Source of the DNA: Candidatus Poribacteria bacterium
Lineage (GTDB): Bacteria > Poribacteria > WGA-4E > WGA-3G
DNA: 64,000 bases
Assembly (NCBI GenBank): GCA_963663765.2
Contig: CAXXUA010000015.1
Location: forward strand, 192,001-256,000
Direction of reading: 5' to 3'
The notes below the pieces were generated by a model. That model did not search any database and was not told the origin of the DNA. It saw only the letters and a program-made list of their open reading frames with translations. Position 1 is the stretch's first letter. The number at the start of each line of letters is the position of its first letter. A program made the position numbers and the translations under genes. This document shows, piece by piece, positions 9,572 through 19,266 of this stretch.

Positions 9572-11533
9572 ATGGAATTCCAAAATATTGAACCTTACAC
9601 ACAATGGGGGCTTCCCCCAGGTGCAAAAGGCCGATTCGGCAAAGGTTTGTTCTATGATTTACAATTTTCTCCTGATGGGAGACTCATTGCAGTTGGTAGT
9701 TCAATCGGTGTGTGGTTATTTGATTCACAGACCATAAAGGAAGTCAATTATTTAGCAGGTCATAAGGACTTTGTTACAAATGTATATTTCAATCCAAAAG
9801 GTAAGACACTTGTAAGCCAAAGCGGCGATGGACAATATGCACCAATTGAGACAAAACTTTGGAATGTCCCTTCTGGGAAACTGATCACAACACAGAGTAA
9901 ACAGGTATTTAGTGTAAATTACATTGTCTTCAGTCCTGACGGTAAGACTCTCGCAATAGCCTATGATGTCTATGATGACAATAAATTACAATTATATGAT
10001 GGATTCTCTGGAGAGCTAAAGTCAACAATTAGAGGACATACTTACCAAGTATTAGCGTTTAGTCCAGATGGAAAAACAATTGCATGTGGCAAAAGTGAAC
10101 TCATTCGATTGTTGAACGTTTCAACAGGTGAGGTGATGTCTACATTTGCTGCACACGCCAATAATATTAAGACCATTAAATACTTCCCAAATGGTAAACT
10201 ACTTGTTAGTCATGGTGAAGATAACAATGTGTGTTTATGGAATGCTGATACCGGCGAATTTGTACGCAATTTCAGAGACGACACAAGTAATGTTACATCT
10301 ATTGACATTTCAAGAGATAGCAAAAAACTTGCTATCATCAATTCTAAAGGAACACTCACGTTATGGAATAGCCAGACAGGAGAGAAAATCAAAACTATCT
10401 CAAAGGTAACAAAATTGAATTCTGTGCAATACTCACCGGATGGTAAGACATTTGCATGTGATGTTGGTGAAAACGGAACAATGCTACTATTTGATGCTGA
10501 AGCGGGAGAGTTATTACATAACCTCAAAATGCCTGGAATAAGAACATGTGAGAACGATTTTGGGTATTCACCTGATGGATGCACACTTGCTGTTTCCAAC
10601 GGATTTGAAATCTTTTTATACGATGTAAATAGTGGTGAACTACAATCAACGAACAAGGGATTTGCTGAAGTACTATATGATGGGATCACGTTCAATCCAA
10701 ATGAGAATCAATTGACAAGTTATTCCTATATTGTGGGTATTTGGGATTTAAATCATTACAAACTACAGAAAACTATTGAAACCAACGGTATGGTTTCTGT
10801 AGTAACTTATTCACCAGATGGTAAAACTATGGCTATCGGAAATTATGATGATACAATTTCACTTTGGGATCTGACTAAATGGGAAATAATTTACACTCTT
10901 GAAGGACATACAGATTGTATTACTTCGGTAGAATTTAGTCCAGATAGTAAGGTAATTGCAAGTGCATGTTGTGATAATACAATTAAAATGTGGGATGCTA
11001 ACACAGGTGAGCAAATACAAACTCTATCAGGTTATTCAACTTGTATTGATGCTATGAGATTCTCAACAAATGAACAGAAAATTGTGGTTATTGGCGATGA
11101 TAGAATTGTTAAAACTTGGAATGTAAAATCAGGTGAAATTGTTAACACTATTGAAATGAATTTTGAAGGTGTTTCCTTTTCATCTATATGTTTTTCTCCT
11201 GACGGTAAAACCCTTGCAACTGCCAGCGAATCATGCAACATCAGTCTATGGGATGTCTCAACAGGTGAACACAAGAATTCTGCTAATTTTGAAGATAAAG
11301 GTGATTATATCGTCTATCCAACAATCGATATTGTGTATTCACCAAACAGCAAAATCATTGCATGCGCAGTATCATGTTTAATCTTTTTATGGGATGTTGA
11401 AACTGGTGAACTTCTTAACACATTGAAAGGGCATTTAGACAAAATTAATTCTATCACCTTTTCATCCGACGGTAAAACACTTGCAAGTAGCAGTAGAGAC
11501 AACACAGTAATTTTATGGGATTTTACAAAATAA
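9572..11533 (+). CDS. WD40-repeat protein without signal peptide (array gene 3; paralog of gene 1)
   Basis: Start reassigned to MEFQNIEPYTQWGLPPGAKGRFGKG (RBS AAGGA); colinear similarity to 4788-6800. Confidence 0.9.
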   Translation: MEFQNIEPYTQWGLPPGAKGRFGKGLFYDLQFSPDGRLIAVGSSIGVWLFDSQTIKEVNYLAGHKDFVTNVYFNPKGKTLVSQSGDGQYAPIETKLWNVPSGKLITTQSKQVFSVNYIVFSPDGKTLAIAYDVYDDNKLQLYDGFSGELKSTIRGHTYQVLAFSPDGKTIACGKSELIRLLNVSTGEVMSTFAAHANNIKTIKYFPNGKLLVSHGEDNNVCLWNADTGEFVRNFRDDTSNVTSIDISRDSKKLAIINSKGTLTLWNSQTGEKIKTISKVTKLNSVQYSPDGKTFACDVGENGTMLLFDAEAGELLHNLKMPGIRTCENDFGYSPDGCTLAVSNGFEIFLYDVNSGELQSTNKGFAEVLYDGITFNPNENQLTSYSYIVGIWDLNHYKLQKTIETNGMVSVVTYSPDGKTMAIGNYDDTISLWDLTKWEIIYTLEGHTDCITSVEFSPDSKVIASACCDNTIKMWDANTGEQIQTLSGYSTCIDAMRFSTNEQKIVVIGDDRIVKTWNVKSGEIVNTIEMNFEGVSFSSICFSPDGKTLATASESCNISLWDVSTGEHKNSANFEDKGDYIVYPTIDIVYSPNSKIIACAVSCLIFLWDVETGELLNTLKGHLDKINSITFSSDGKTLASSSRDNTVILWDFTK

Positions 11534-11612
11534 AATCATTAACCAATACAGAGGTGTTGATAATATGAACAGAGAAAATCGACCACCCTACACACAATGG
11601 GGACTTCCCCCC
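10989..11612 (+). repeat. ~620-bp near-identical direct repeat, copy 1 (copy 2 at about 13923-14546)
   Basis: Direct comparison; matching antisense ORFs 11032-11274 and 13966-14208 confirm the offset of 2934. Confidence 0.9.
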
Positions 11613-13382
11613 GGTGCAATTGCACGTCTCGGAAAAGGTGGTCTTGAAAAGATACAATATTCACCTGATGGAACACAAATTGCCGCCACATGTATGATCG
11701 GTATTTGGATTTACGATGTACATACTTGTAAGGAAGTTACCCTCCTTTCACACGGTCAGAATCAAAGAACAAAGACACTCCCTCACTCTTGGTCAGGGAC
11801 TACACTCTTCACAGAAAATTGGGATGAACCTATTTCATTTACGTTATGGGATACACAGACCGGACAACGTAAAATTACCTTAAAGGAACAAGCAAAGGAA
11901 ATTAATAATATTCAGCTGTCACCAGATGGCACAACATTCGCATCTGTAGAATCGGATAAGTCAATCCGAATGTGGGATAGTCAAACAGGCCGTTTACGTT
12001 CTACTGTTATAGGACATACACAGCGAATCCTGACGTTAGCATTTTCAGCAGATAGCAAGGTTCTTGCCACCGCAGGTCTTGACGAAACTATTCGGCTTTG
12101 GGATGTCAGTGATAGTAGTTGTCTTGGAACACTTACAGGGAATGAAGATACTATTAGGCATTTGGTATTTTCTCCAAACGGCATCATTCTCGCCAGTCGA
12201 AGTTCGGACGAAACGCTCTGCTTGTGGGATGTAACTTCAGGTGAAAAGGTGGCAACCCTTGCAACTGACCTTGAGGGTTTAGGTCGAACGGTATTTTCTC
12301 CCGATGGCTCTCTTGCCGCATCGAATTCTGATGACCATTCTGTGCGGATATGGAATGCTGATACGGGTATAGAATACACCAGACTCATTGGACATAAAGC
12401 GTTAGTTTGGGATATAGCGTTTTCACCTGATGGTAAAACAGTTGCAAGTGTCAGCGAAGATAGTACAATCCGATTTTGGAATGTAAACAACGGCACCGAA
12501 AAGGGAGTCATCACTGGACATGCAAGATGGAGCAATTTTCTTGATTTTTCACCTGATGGAAGCATTCTCGCCAGCAGTGGAAGTGACAATACACCTCACT
12601 TGTGGGATATGAATACATATATAGAAACGACACCTTTTGACACGCCACACGATTCCATTGACCAAGTTGCATATTCTCCTGATGGTACAACACTCGCAAG
12701 TGCATGTGATGATAGAGTATTCTTGTATGATGTTGAAACGGGAGTGCAACGTACTGTCTTACAGGGACAAGCAGACTATATTCGCACAATGGCATTCGTA
12801 CCAAACAGCACTTTACTTGCCAGTGGGAGTGACGACAAAACAATCCGAATCTGGGACATTGATACAGGCAACCAATTAGCATTACTAACAGGACATACGG
12901 AAAATGTAAATGCAGTTGTATGTTCACCAGATGGTACAATTCTGGCAAGTTGTAGTGCTGATGGGACACTGCGTTTATGGAATGCACAAACAGGACATCC
13001 ACTTACTGTTCTTAGGGGACATTCCGAAAATATTTATGCGATAGCATTTTCACCAGATGGAAAAATCCTCGCTAGCGCGGGATGGGATAACACAATTCGG
13101 CTATGGAATCCATATACTTGTGAACTTATTTTTACTTTTGCAGTGCAAGATAATCTTTATGTTTTGGCTTTTTCAATTGATGGAAATATCCTTGCTGGTG
13201 GAGGTCAGGAAGATAGGGTCTATCTATGGGATCCATATACAGGTAACACAATAGCAGTCCTGAATGGTCACTACGCTGACGTTGAAGCATTGGTGTTCAG
13301 TCCTGATAGTAGAACACTCGCAAGTGGTGGGGATGATGGTACTGTTCTATTGTGGGATATTAACTCTATAAAAAAAATCTGA
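11565..13382 (+). CDS. WD40-repeat protein without signal peptide (array gene 4)
   Basis: MNRENRPPYTQWGLPPGAIARLGKG then canonical WD40 repeats. Confidence 0.93.
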   Translation: MNRENRPPYTQWGLPPGAIARLGKGGLEKIQYSPDGTQIAATCMIGIWIYDVHTCKEVTLLSHGQNQRTKTLPHSWSGTTLFTENWDEPISFTLWDTQTGQRKITLKEQAKEINNIQLSPDGTTFASVESDKSIRMWDSQTGRLRSTVIGHTQRILTLAFSADSKVLATAGLDETIRLWDVSDSSCLGTLTGNEDTIRHLVFSPNGIILASRSSDETLCLWDVTSGEKVATLATDLEGLGRTVFSPDGSLAASNSDDHSVRIWNADTGIEYTRLIGHKALVWDIAFSPDGKTVASVSEDSTIRFWNVNNGTEKGVITGHARWSNFLDFSPDGSILASSGSDNTPHLWDMNTYIETTPFDTPHDSIDQVAYSPDGTTLASACDDRVFLYDVETGVQRTVLQGQADYIRTMAFVPNSTLLASGSDDKTIRIWDIDTGNQLALLTGHTENVNAVVCSPDGTILASCSADGTLRLWNAQTGHPLTVLRGHSENIYAIAFSPDGKILASAGWDNTIRLWNPYTCELIFTFAVQDNLYVLAFSIDGNILAGGGQEDRVYLWDPYTGNTIAVLNGHYADVEALVFSPDSRTLASGGDDGTVLLWDINSIKKI

Positions 13383-13597
13383 TAGATTAAAAAACAAATA
13401 TACAGTAAAATTGTAAATACTCAGAGGTATTCAATTGTCGAAATGAACTCTTGTCGGAGGGGTTTTCAAACCTGATTTCTCCTTCTTGTGACAGCAACAG
13501 CGGAATTCCTCTATGCGACAATATATATTTCAATTGGTATTGTCTTGTCAAACTAGATTTTTTCTCTTCAAAATGAAAACAAGAAAGAGGAACGGAT

Positions 13598-14467
13598 ATG
13601 AAAATGCTGAGAATGGCACTCACAATATTACTGCTATTAATTTTCCTTAGTTATTTCAATGTCAATAGCCAAGAAATAGAGCAGTGGCGTCTACCAGACG
13701 GAGCAAAAGCACGAATTGGAAAAGGCAAAGCATTTAAGGTTGCTTATTTTCCAGATGGAGACAGAGTTGCTAGCTCGACAACTATCGGTGTATGGATCTA
13801 TGATTTGCGTACAGATAAACCATTGGATTTACTTACTGGTCATACTCGTCCAATAAAGTCTCTTACATTCAGTCCAGATAATAACACATTCGCCACAGCA
13901 TGTGATGATACGACTGTTAGGTTGTGGGATGCTAACACAGGTGAGCAAATACAAACTCTATCAGGTTATTCAACTTGTATTGATGCTATGAGATTCTCAA
14001 CAAATGAACAGAAAATTGTGGTTATTGGCGATGATAGAATTGTTAAAACTTGGAATGTAAAATCAGGTGAAATTGTTAACACTATTGAAATGAATTTTGA
14101 AGGTGTTTCCTTTTCATCTATATGTTTTTCTCCTGACGGTAAAACCCTTGCAACTGCCAACGAATCATGCAACATCAGTCTATGGGATGTCTCAACAGGT
14201 GAACACAAGAATTCTGCTAATTTTGAAGATAAAGGTGATTATATCGTCTATCCAACAATCGATATTGTGTATTCACCAAACAGCAAAATCATTGCATGCG
14301 CAGTATCATGGTTAATCTTCTTATGGGATGTTGAAACTGGTGAACTTCTTAACACATTGAAAGGGCATTTAGACAAAATTAATTCTATCGACTTTTCTGC
14401 TGACGGTAAAACTCTTGCAAGTAGCAGTAGAGACGACACAGCAATTTTATGGGATTTTTCAAAATAA
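13598..14467 (+). CDS. Short chimeric WD40 protein (array gene 5)
   Basis: N-terminal ~110 aa closely match gene 17246; the rest is near-identical DNA to the 3' end of gene 3 (offset 2934). Confidence 0.85.
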   Translation: MKMLRMALTILLLLIFLSYFNVNSQEIEQWRLPDGAKARIGKGKAFKVAYFPDGDRVASSTTIGVWIYDLRTDKPLDLLTGHTRPIKSLTFSPDNNTFATACDDTTVRLWDANTGEQIQTLSGYSTCIDAMRFSTNEQKIVVIGDDRIVKTWNVKSGEIVNTIEMNFEGVSFSSICFSPDGKTLATANESCNISLWDVSTGEHKNSANFEDKGDYIVYPTIDIVYSPNSKIIACAVSWLIFLWDVETGELLNTLKGHLDKINSIDFSADGKTLASSSRDDTAILWDFSK

Positions 14468-14498
14468 AATCATTAACCAATTCAGAGGTGTTGATAAT

Positions 14499-16304
14499 AT
14501 GAACAGAGAAAATCGACCTCCCTACACACAATGGGGGCTTCCCCCAGGTGCAAAAGCACGTCTTGGTAAAGGTACAGTTGTAAGACTTCAGTATTCTCCT
14601 GATGGCACACAATTGGCTGCCATCGGATCTATGGGTATTTGGCTGTATGATGCTTATACCTACAAAGAAATTGAGTTACTGAGAGTAGGGCAATTTCACG
14701 GATCAAATCCACTCCCACCTGCTTGGTCAGGGTCAACAATTGCAACAAATAATTGGGATGAATCAATTTCAATATGGGATGCACATAGAGGACAACGTCC
14801 AGTAACATTTATAGATAACGTAGAGAATGTTTATGATCTCGTCGTTTCGCCAGATGGTTCTACACTTGTTACTGCGGGAGTGGATAAAATAATTCGTTTT
14901 TGGGATCTTCGAACTGGTCGTTTAAGTAATACTGTTAATGGTCATAAAGATATAATTAACGCATTAGCCATATCTCCAGATGGAAGAATCCTTGCAAGTG
15001 GTAGCGATGACAAGACGGTTCGGCTATGGGACACCCAAAATGGTAGCCATCTCTCAACACTCAGTGGACATAATGCGGATATCTGTATGTTGGAGTTTTC
15101 TCCAAACGGCGTTATCCTTGCGAGTTGTTGTACCAACAAAACGATTATCTTATGGGATGTAGAAACCGGTTCAAAGCAGGTAACCTTTGAACCAGATATG
15201 GGGTATAATTGCCATTTTGCATTTTCAGCGGATGGCACCCTAATCGCAAGCGGTAGTACTGACAATAACATTAGAATTTGCAATGCTGATACAGGAATTG
15301 AATACAAAAGACTTTCTGGTCATACTTCCTTAGTATGGAGTTTAACGTTCTCTCCTGATGGTGGCACACTTGCAAGTACCGCTGAGGATAATACAATACG
15401 GTTCTGGAATATTAAGAATGGAACAGAAAAGGGCATCGTTTTTGGACACATGAATTGGGTACATTCCGTCAACTATTCACCAGACGGTAGTTATCTTGCT
15501 GTCGGTGGAAATCATAGAACACCTTACTTGTGGAATTTGGATGCCAACACTCACACGACACTCCCCGACAACCATTTTGGTTACATCGATGAGGTAGTAT
15601 TTTCTCCAGATGGAACAACGCTTGCCAGCGCCAGTCGTGATGTCAGAATTCTCTTATGGGATATGGAAACAAACACACAACGTGTCGCCTTAGAAGGTCA
15701 TACAGATATGATTCGCACACTCGCGTTTGCACCAAATAGCACGACCCTCGCCAGCGGCAGCGATGATGAGACTATCAGATTATGGGACATTGATACTGGT
15801 GAACAATTAGCAGTACTAAATGGACATACCAATTGGATTGGTACGGTTGCTATTTCTCCAGACGGTCGAACGCTTGCAAGTTGCAGTGCTGATGGGACAG
15901 TTCGTTTATGGAATGCATTTACCGGACACCCACTAACAGTTCTTAAAGGTCATTCCTCTGTTGTTTTTTCAGTGGTATTTTCACCAGATGGTAGAGTCCT
16001 CGCCAGCGGCAGTTCAGATGAAACAATTCGGTTTTGGGATGTGAAATCTTGCCAACATATCTCAACTGTTAGAGTACCAACGCACGTTCATTCTCTGGTA
16101 TATTCACCAGAAGGCTCCATCCTTGCAAGTGCAGGTCAGGATGGAAAAATTCGATTATGGGATGCACACACTGGAGATCTCCGTAAGGTCTTCAACGGAC
16201 ACTTATCTGATGTTGACACATTGGCTTTCAGTCCAGATGGGAAAACACTCGTAAGTGGTGGGGATGATGGAATTGTCTTTTTGTGGGATATTAACTCAAT
16301 TTAA
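14499..16304 (+). CDS. WD40-repeat protein without signal peptide (array gene 6; paralog of gene 4)
   Basis: Start reassigned to MNRENRPPYTQW (RBS GAGGTG); WD40 repeats. Confidence 0.92.
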   Translation: MNRENRPPYTQWGLPPGAKARLGKGTVVRLQYSPDGTQLAAIGSMGIWLYDAYTYKEIELLRVGQFHGSNPLPPAWSGSTIATNNWDESISIWDAHRGQRPVTFIDNVENVYDLVVSPDGSTLVTAGVDKIIRFWDLRTGRLSNTVNGHKDIINALAISPDGRILASGSDDKTVRLWDTQNGSHLSTLSGHNADICMLEFSPNGVILASCCTNKTIILWDVETGSKQVTFEPDMGYNCHFAFSADGTLIASGSTDNNIRICNADTGIEYKRLSGHTSLVWSLTFSPDGGTLASTAEDNTIRFWNIKNGTEKGIVFGHMNWVHSVNYSPDGSYLAVGGNHRTPYLWNLDANTHTTLPDNHFGYIDEVVFSPDGTTLASASRDVRILLWDMETNTQRVALEGHTDMIRTLAFAPNSTTLASGSDDETIRLWDIDTGEQLAVLNGHTNWIGTVAISPDGRTLASCSADGTVRLWNAFTGHPLTVLKGHSSVVFSVVFSPDGRVLASGSSDETIRFWDVKSCQHISTVRVPTHVHSLVYSPEGSILASAGQDGKIRLWDAHTGDLRKVFNGHLSDVDTLAFSPDGKTLVSGGDDGIVFLWDINSI

Positions 16305-16455
16305 AAATCTGATAGATTAAATAACAAATTTTCAGTAAACTTGTAAAAACTCAGAGGTATTTAATTGTGTAAATAAACTCTTGTAGGAGGGGTTTTCAAT
16401 CCAAGTTTCCCTTTTTTTACAGATACAGTGGATTTCCTCTATGCGACAGTATTTA

Positions 16456-17172
16456 TGGGAAATTATGGAATTAATTACACACTTAACAGGTGGGAGCGAC
16501 CTTCTGGAAGTAACCGTTTCCTGCGTTGGTAGGAGCGACCTCCTGGTCGCGACCGTAGGTGGTTACTCTGTTCGGTAGGAGCGACCTCCTGGTCGCGATC
16601 GTAGGTGGTTACTCTGTTCGGTAGGAGCGACCTCCTGGTCGCGACCGTAGGGTGTTACTCTGTTCGGTAGGAGCGACCTCCTGGTCGCGACCGTAGGGTG
16701 GTTACTCTGTTCGGTAGGAGCGACCTCCTGGTCGCGACCGTATGGGGTTACTCTGTTCGGTAGGAGCGACCTCCCGGTCACGACCGTATGGGGTTACTCT
16801 GTTCGGTAGGAGCGACCTCCCGGTCGCGACCGTATGGGGTTACTCTGTTCGGTAGGAGCGACCTCCTGGTCGCGACCGTATGCAGACCATATAAAAAAAC
16901 ATTCGCGACCAGGAGGTCGCTCCTACCAAATAAAAGAATAGAATACTTATACCAATTCAAATAAATCTTGTCTCATTAAGGAATTCTACTGTTTACTGGC
17001 AGGTGGTTACTCTGTTCGGTAGGAGCGACCTCCTGGTCGCGACCGTATGCAGACCAGATAAAAAAACATTCGCGACCAGGAGGTCGCTCCTACCCAATAA
17101 AAGAATAGAATACATACATGGCAACCATTATGGTTAATTGTAGAAATGTAAACTTATTTTATAATTTCACCA
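16456..17172. mobile_element. TA-flanked MITE (TGG...CCA ends) expanded by REP amplification
   Basis: Ends match the compact copy at 53562-53756; the paralogous intergenic region 13383-13597 lacks it; flanked by TATTTA on both sides. Confidence 0.75.
16529..16927. repeat. Tandem array of a 46-bp REP unit (8 copies) plus an inverted REP
   Basis: gtaggagcgacctcctggtcgcgaccgta..ggttactctgttcg starting at 16529, 16575, 16621, 16667, 16714, 16760, 16806, 16852. Confidence 0.92.
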
Positions 17173-17245
17173 TATTTACTTTGGTATTACCTTGTCAAAC
17201 TATAGTTTTTTCTCTTCAATATGAAAACAAGAAAGAGGAGCGGAT

Positions 17246-19147
17246 ATGAAAATGCTGAGAATGGTACTCACAATTTTACTACTATTATTTTACGTTAGTT
17301 ATTTCAATGTCAATAGCCAAGAAATAGAACAGTGGGGTCTACCAGATGGAGCAAAAGCACGAATTGGAAAAGGCAAAGCATTTAAAGTTGCATATTTTCC
17401 AGATGGAAACCGACTTGCCATAAGTACTACAATTGGTGTTTGGATATATGATTTAATGACAGATGAACTCTTAGACCTACTCAATGGACAGACCCGTCCA
17501 TTTAAGTCTCTTACGTTTAGTCCTGACATGGATACATTTGCTACTGCATGTGACGACAATACAGTATGGTTATGGGATTCAAACTCGGGTGAACTCCTAT
17601 TGCGTTTTCGTGGACACAGCGACGATGTCAATGAGGTATCATTCAGTCCTAATGGAAAAACGCTTGCAACCGCAAGTGATGACAACACAGTGGGATTATG
17701 GGATGTCAAAACAGGTGAAATGATAACATCTCTCAGCGGGCATTCTGATAACGTGCACTCGGTTGCGTTCTCTTCTGATGGAAGAGTAATATTAAGTGGT
17801 TCATATCGCACCGGGAACACTGTCTGTTTTTGGGAACCGATAACTAAACAACTTATAAAAACAATTACAAGCGAACAAAATGGAATCCATCAAGTACATT
17901 CAGTTGCAAGTCAACCCAACAGCACTGTTTTTGCCATTGGCAGCTTCGGGATGGTGTCCTTATGGGAAGGACTTACTGGGGAACTTCTTACAAAACTTGA
18001 ATTAGCAAGAAATACTGGTGAAATCTGGTCAGTGGAGTTTTCTCCTGATGGAAAAACACTTGCAACAGGAGATGACTACGGTAAAATCATGATCAATGAT
18101 GCAGACACCGGACAATTGCTGATTACTTTTGATACGCATGAACCCATCCAAGCTCTAACTTATGCACCTGATGGAAAAACACTTGTATGTGTTAGTCAGA
18201 ATGGTACAATTCGTTTTTATGACCTTAACGCAAACTTTCTCAAGAAAAAAATCGACGATTTTACCCTACAAATCTACTCTATTGCTTATACTCCCGACGG
18301 AAGTTCAATTGTCACAGGAAATATGTCAAGAATAAGTTTCTGGAACTCAAACACAGGAAAACTTGAAAAAACCATTGACGGACTCAAAGAAATTGTCAAT
18401 ACTTTAGCGTTTTCCACTGATGGAAAAATACTTGTATGTCTTGATTCTGATAATCCACATTTTCCTCAATTTTGGGATGTGGAATCTGGAAAACGCATCG
18501 GCATTTTCACTAAGTATAGAGATTATGCTGATCGTATCGCTCTTTCACCTGACATCAGCAAGATCGCAATTGGCGGTCGGACCAAAACAATACGATTGTG
18601 GGAAATAACAACTGAAGAAGAAAAGTTAAAAAGCAATCATCTCAAATCGTTACCATATCAATCAGATAATGTACGATATCTAACTTTTTCACCAGGAAGT
18701 AAAAATCTCCTCAGTGCATGTGATTATAATACCATCCGTGTATGGAATGTTAAAACTGATAAACTCATTCACACTTTTACAGTTCAATCAAGACGTATAC
18801 ATAAACTTGTCTTTTCAAAAGATGGAAATATGCTTGCAAGTGCCAGCGAAAATGGAACAGTATCAGTATGGGACCTAAAAACAGGTGCACTCATAAATAC
18901 TTTCAGTGATCAAAATAGGAATAGTAAGGATTTAGATTTTGCACTAAATGGTAAAATAATCGCATTTGCCAACGGTGACGCAATCTACCTCTGTGACATA
19001 TTAACGGGTGTGTATCACGATCCTTTACGAGGACATACAATGTCTGTTAATTGTCTTGTGAATTCACCTGATGGAAACACAATTGCAAGTGGAAGCATGG
19101 ACGGTACTGTTCTCTTATGGGACCTAACAAAGTTGGCAAATGAATGA
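17246..19147 (+). CDS. Secreted WD40-repeat protein (array gene 7)
   Basis: Signal peptide, cap EQWGLPDGAKARIGKG, WD40 repeats. Confidence 0.92.
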   Translation: MKMLRMVLTILLLLFYVSYFNVNSQEIEQWGLPDGAKARIGKGKAFKVAYFPDGNRLAISTTIGVWIYDLMTDELLDLLNGQTRPFKSLTFSPDMDTFATACDDNTVWLWDSNSGELLLRFRGHSDDVNEVSFSPNGKTLATASDDNTVGLWDVKTGEMITSLSGHSDNVHSVAFSSDGRVILSGSYRTGNTVCFWEPITKQLIKTITSEQNGIHQVHSVASQPNSTVFAIGSFGMVSLWEGLTGELLTKLELARNTGEIWSVEFSPDGKTLATGDDYGKIMINDADTGQLLITFDTHEPIQALTYAPDGKTLVCVSQNGTIRFYDLNANFLKKKIDDFTLQIYSIAYTPDGSSIVTGNMSRISFWNSNTGKLEKTIDGLKEIVNTLAFSTDGKILVCLDSDNPHFPQFWDVESGKRIGIFTKYRDYADRIALSPDISKIAIGGRTKTIRLWEITTEEEKLKSNHLKSLPYQSDNVRYLTFSPGSKNLLSACDYNTIRVWNVKTDKLIHTFTVQSRRIHKLVFSKDGNMLASASENGTVSVWDLKTGALINTFSDQNRNSKDLDFALNGKIIAFANGDAIYLCDILTGVYHDPLRGHTMSVNCLVNSPDGNTIASGSMDGTVLLWDLTKLANE

Positions 19148-19204
19148 ACAAGTTAGTTAGATTTGTGATTCTAATCGATGATCTATTGATACTTTACACA
19201 CTTC

Positions 19205-19256
19205 TTGACTTACCATCTCAAATCTGTTACAATGTATCCAAATTCTAATATGGATA
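19205..19256 (+). promoter_or_regulatory. Sigma70 promoter of the mod operon followed by a palindromic operator candidate
   Basis: TTGACT-N17-TACAAT (19205-19233) with TG extension; TATCCA-N10-TGGATA at 19235-19256. Confidence 0.6.
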
Positions 19257-19266
19257 ATACTGAGAA

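Noticed and set aside
10989-14546. Diversity-generating retroelement template/variable repeat pair
   Set aside because: Differences include T/G, T/C and C/A changes, both copies are coding, and no reverse transcriptase is in the window.
16529-16927. CRISPR array
   Set aside because: The inter-repeat segments are near-identical rather than unique, and the repeat is a REP found as inverted pairs elsewhere.
4813-18608. Numerous antisense and alternate-frame ORFs over the WD40 genes
   Set aside because: Shadows of repetitive FSPDG codons (PSGEN-like antisense motifs) with no RBS or independent motifs.
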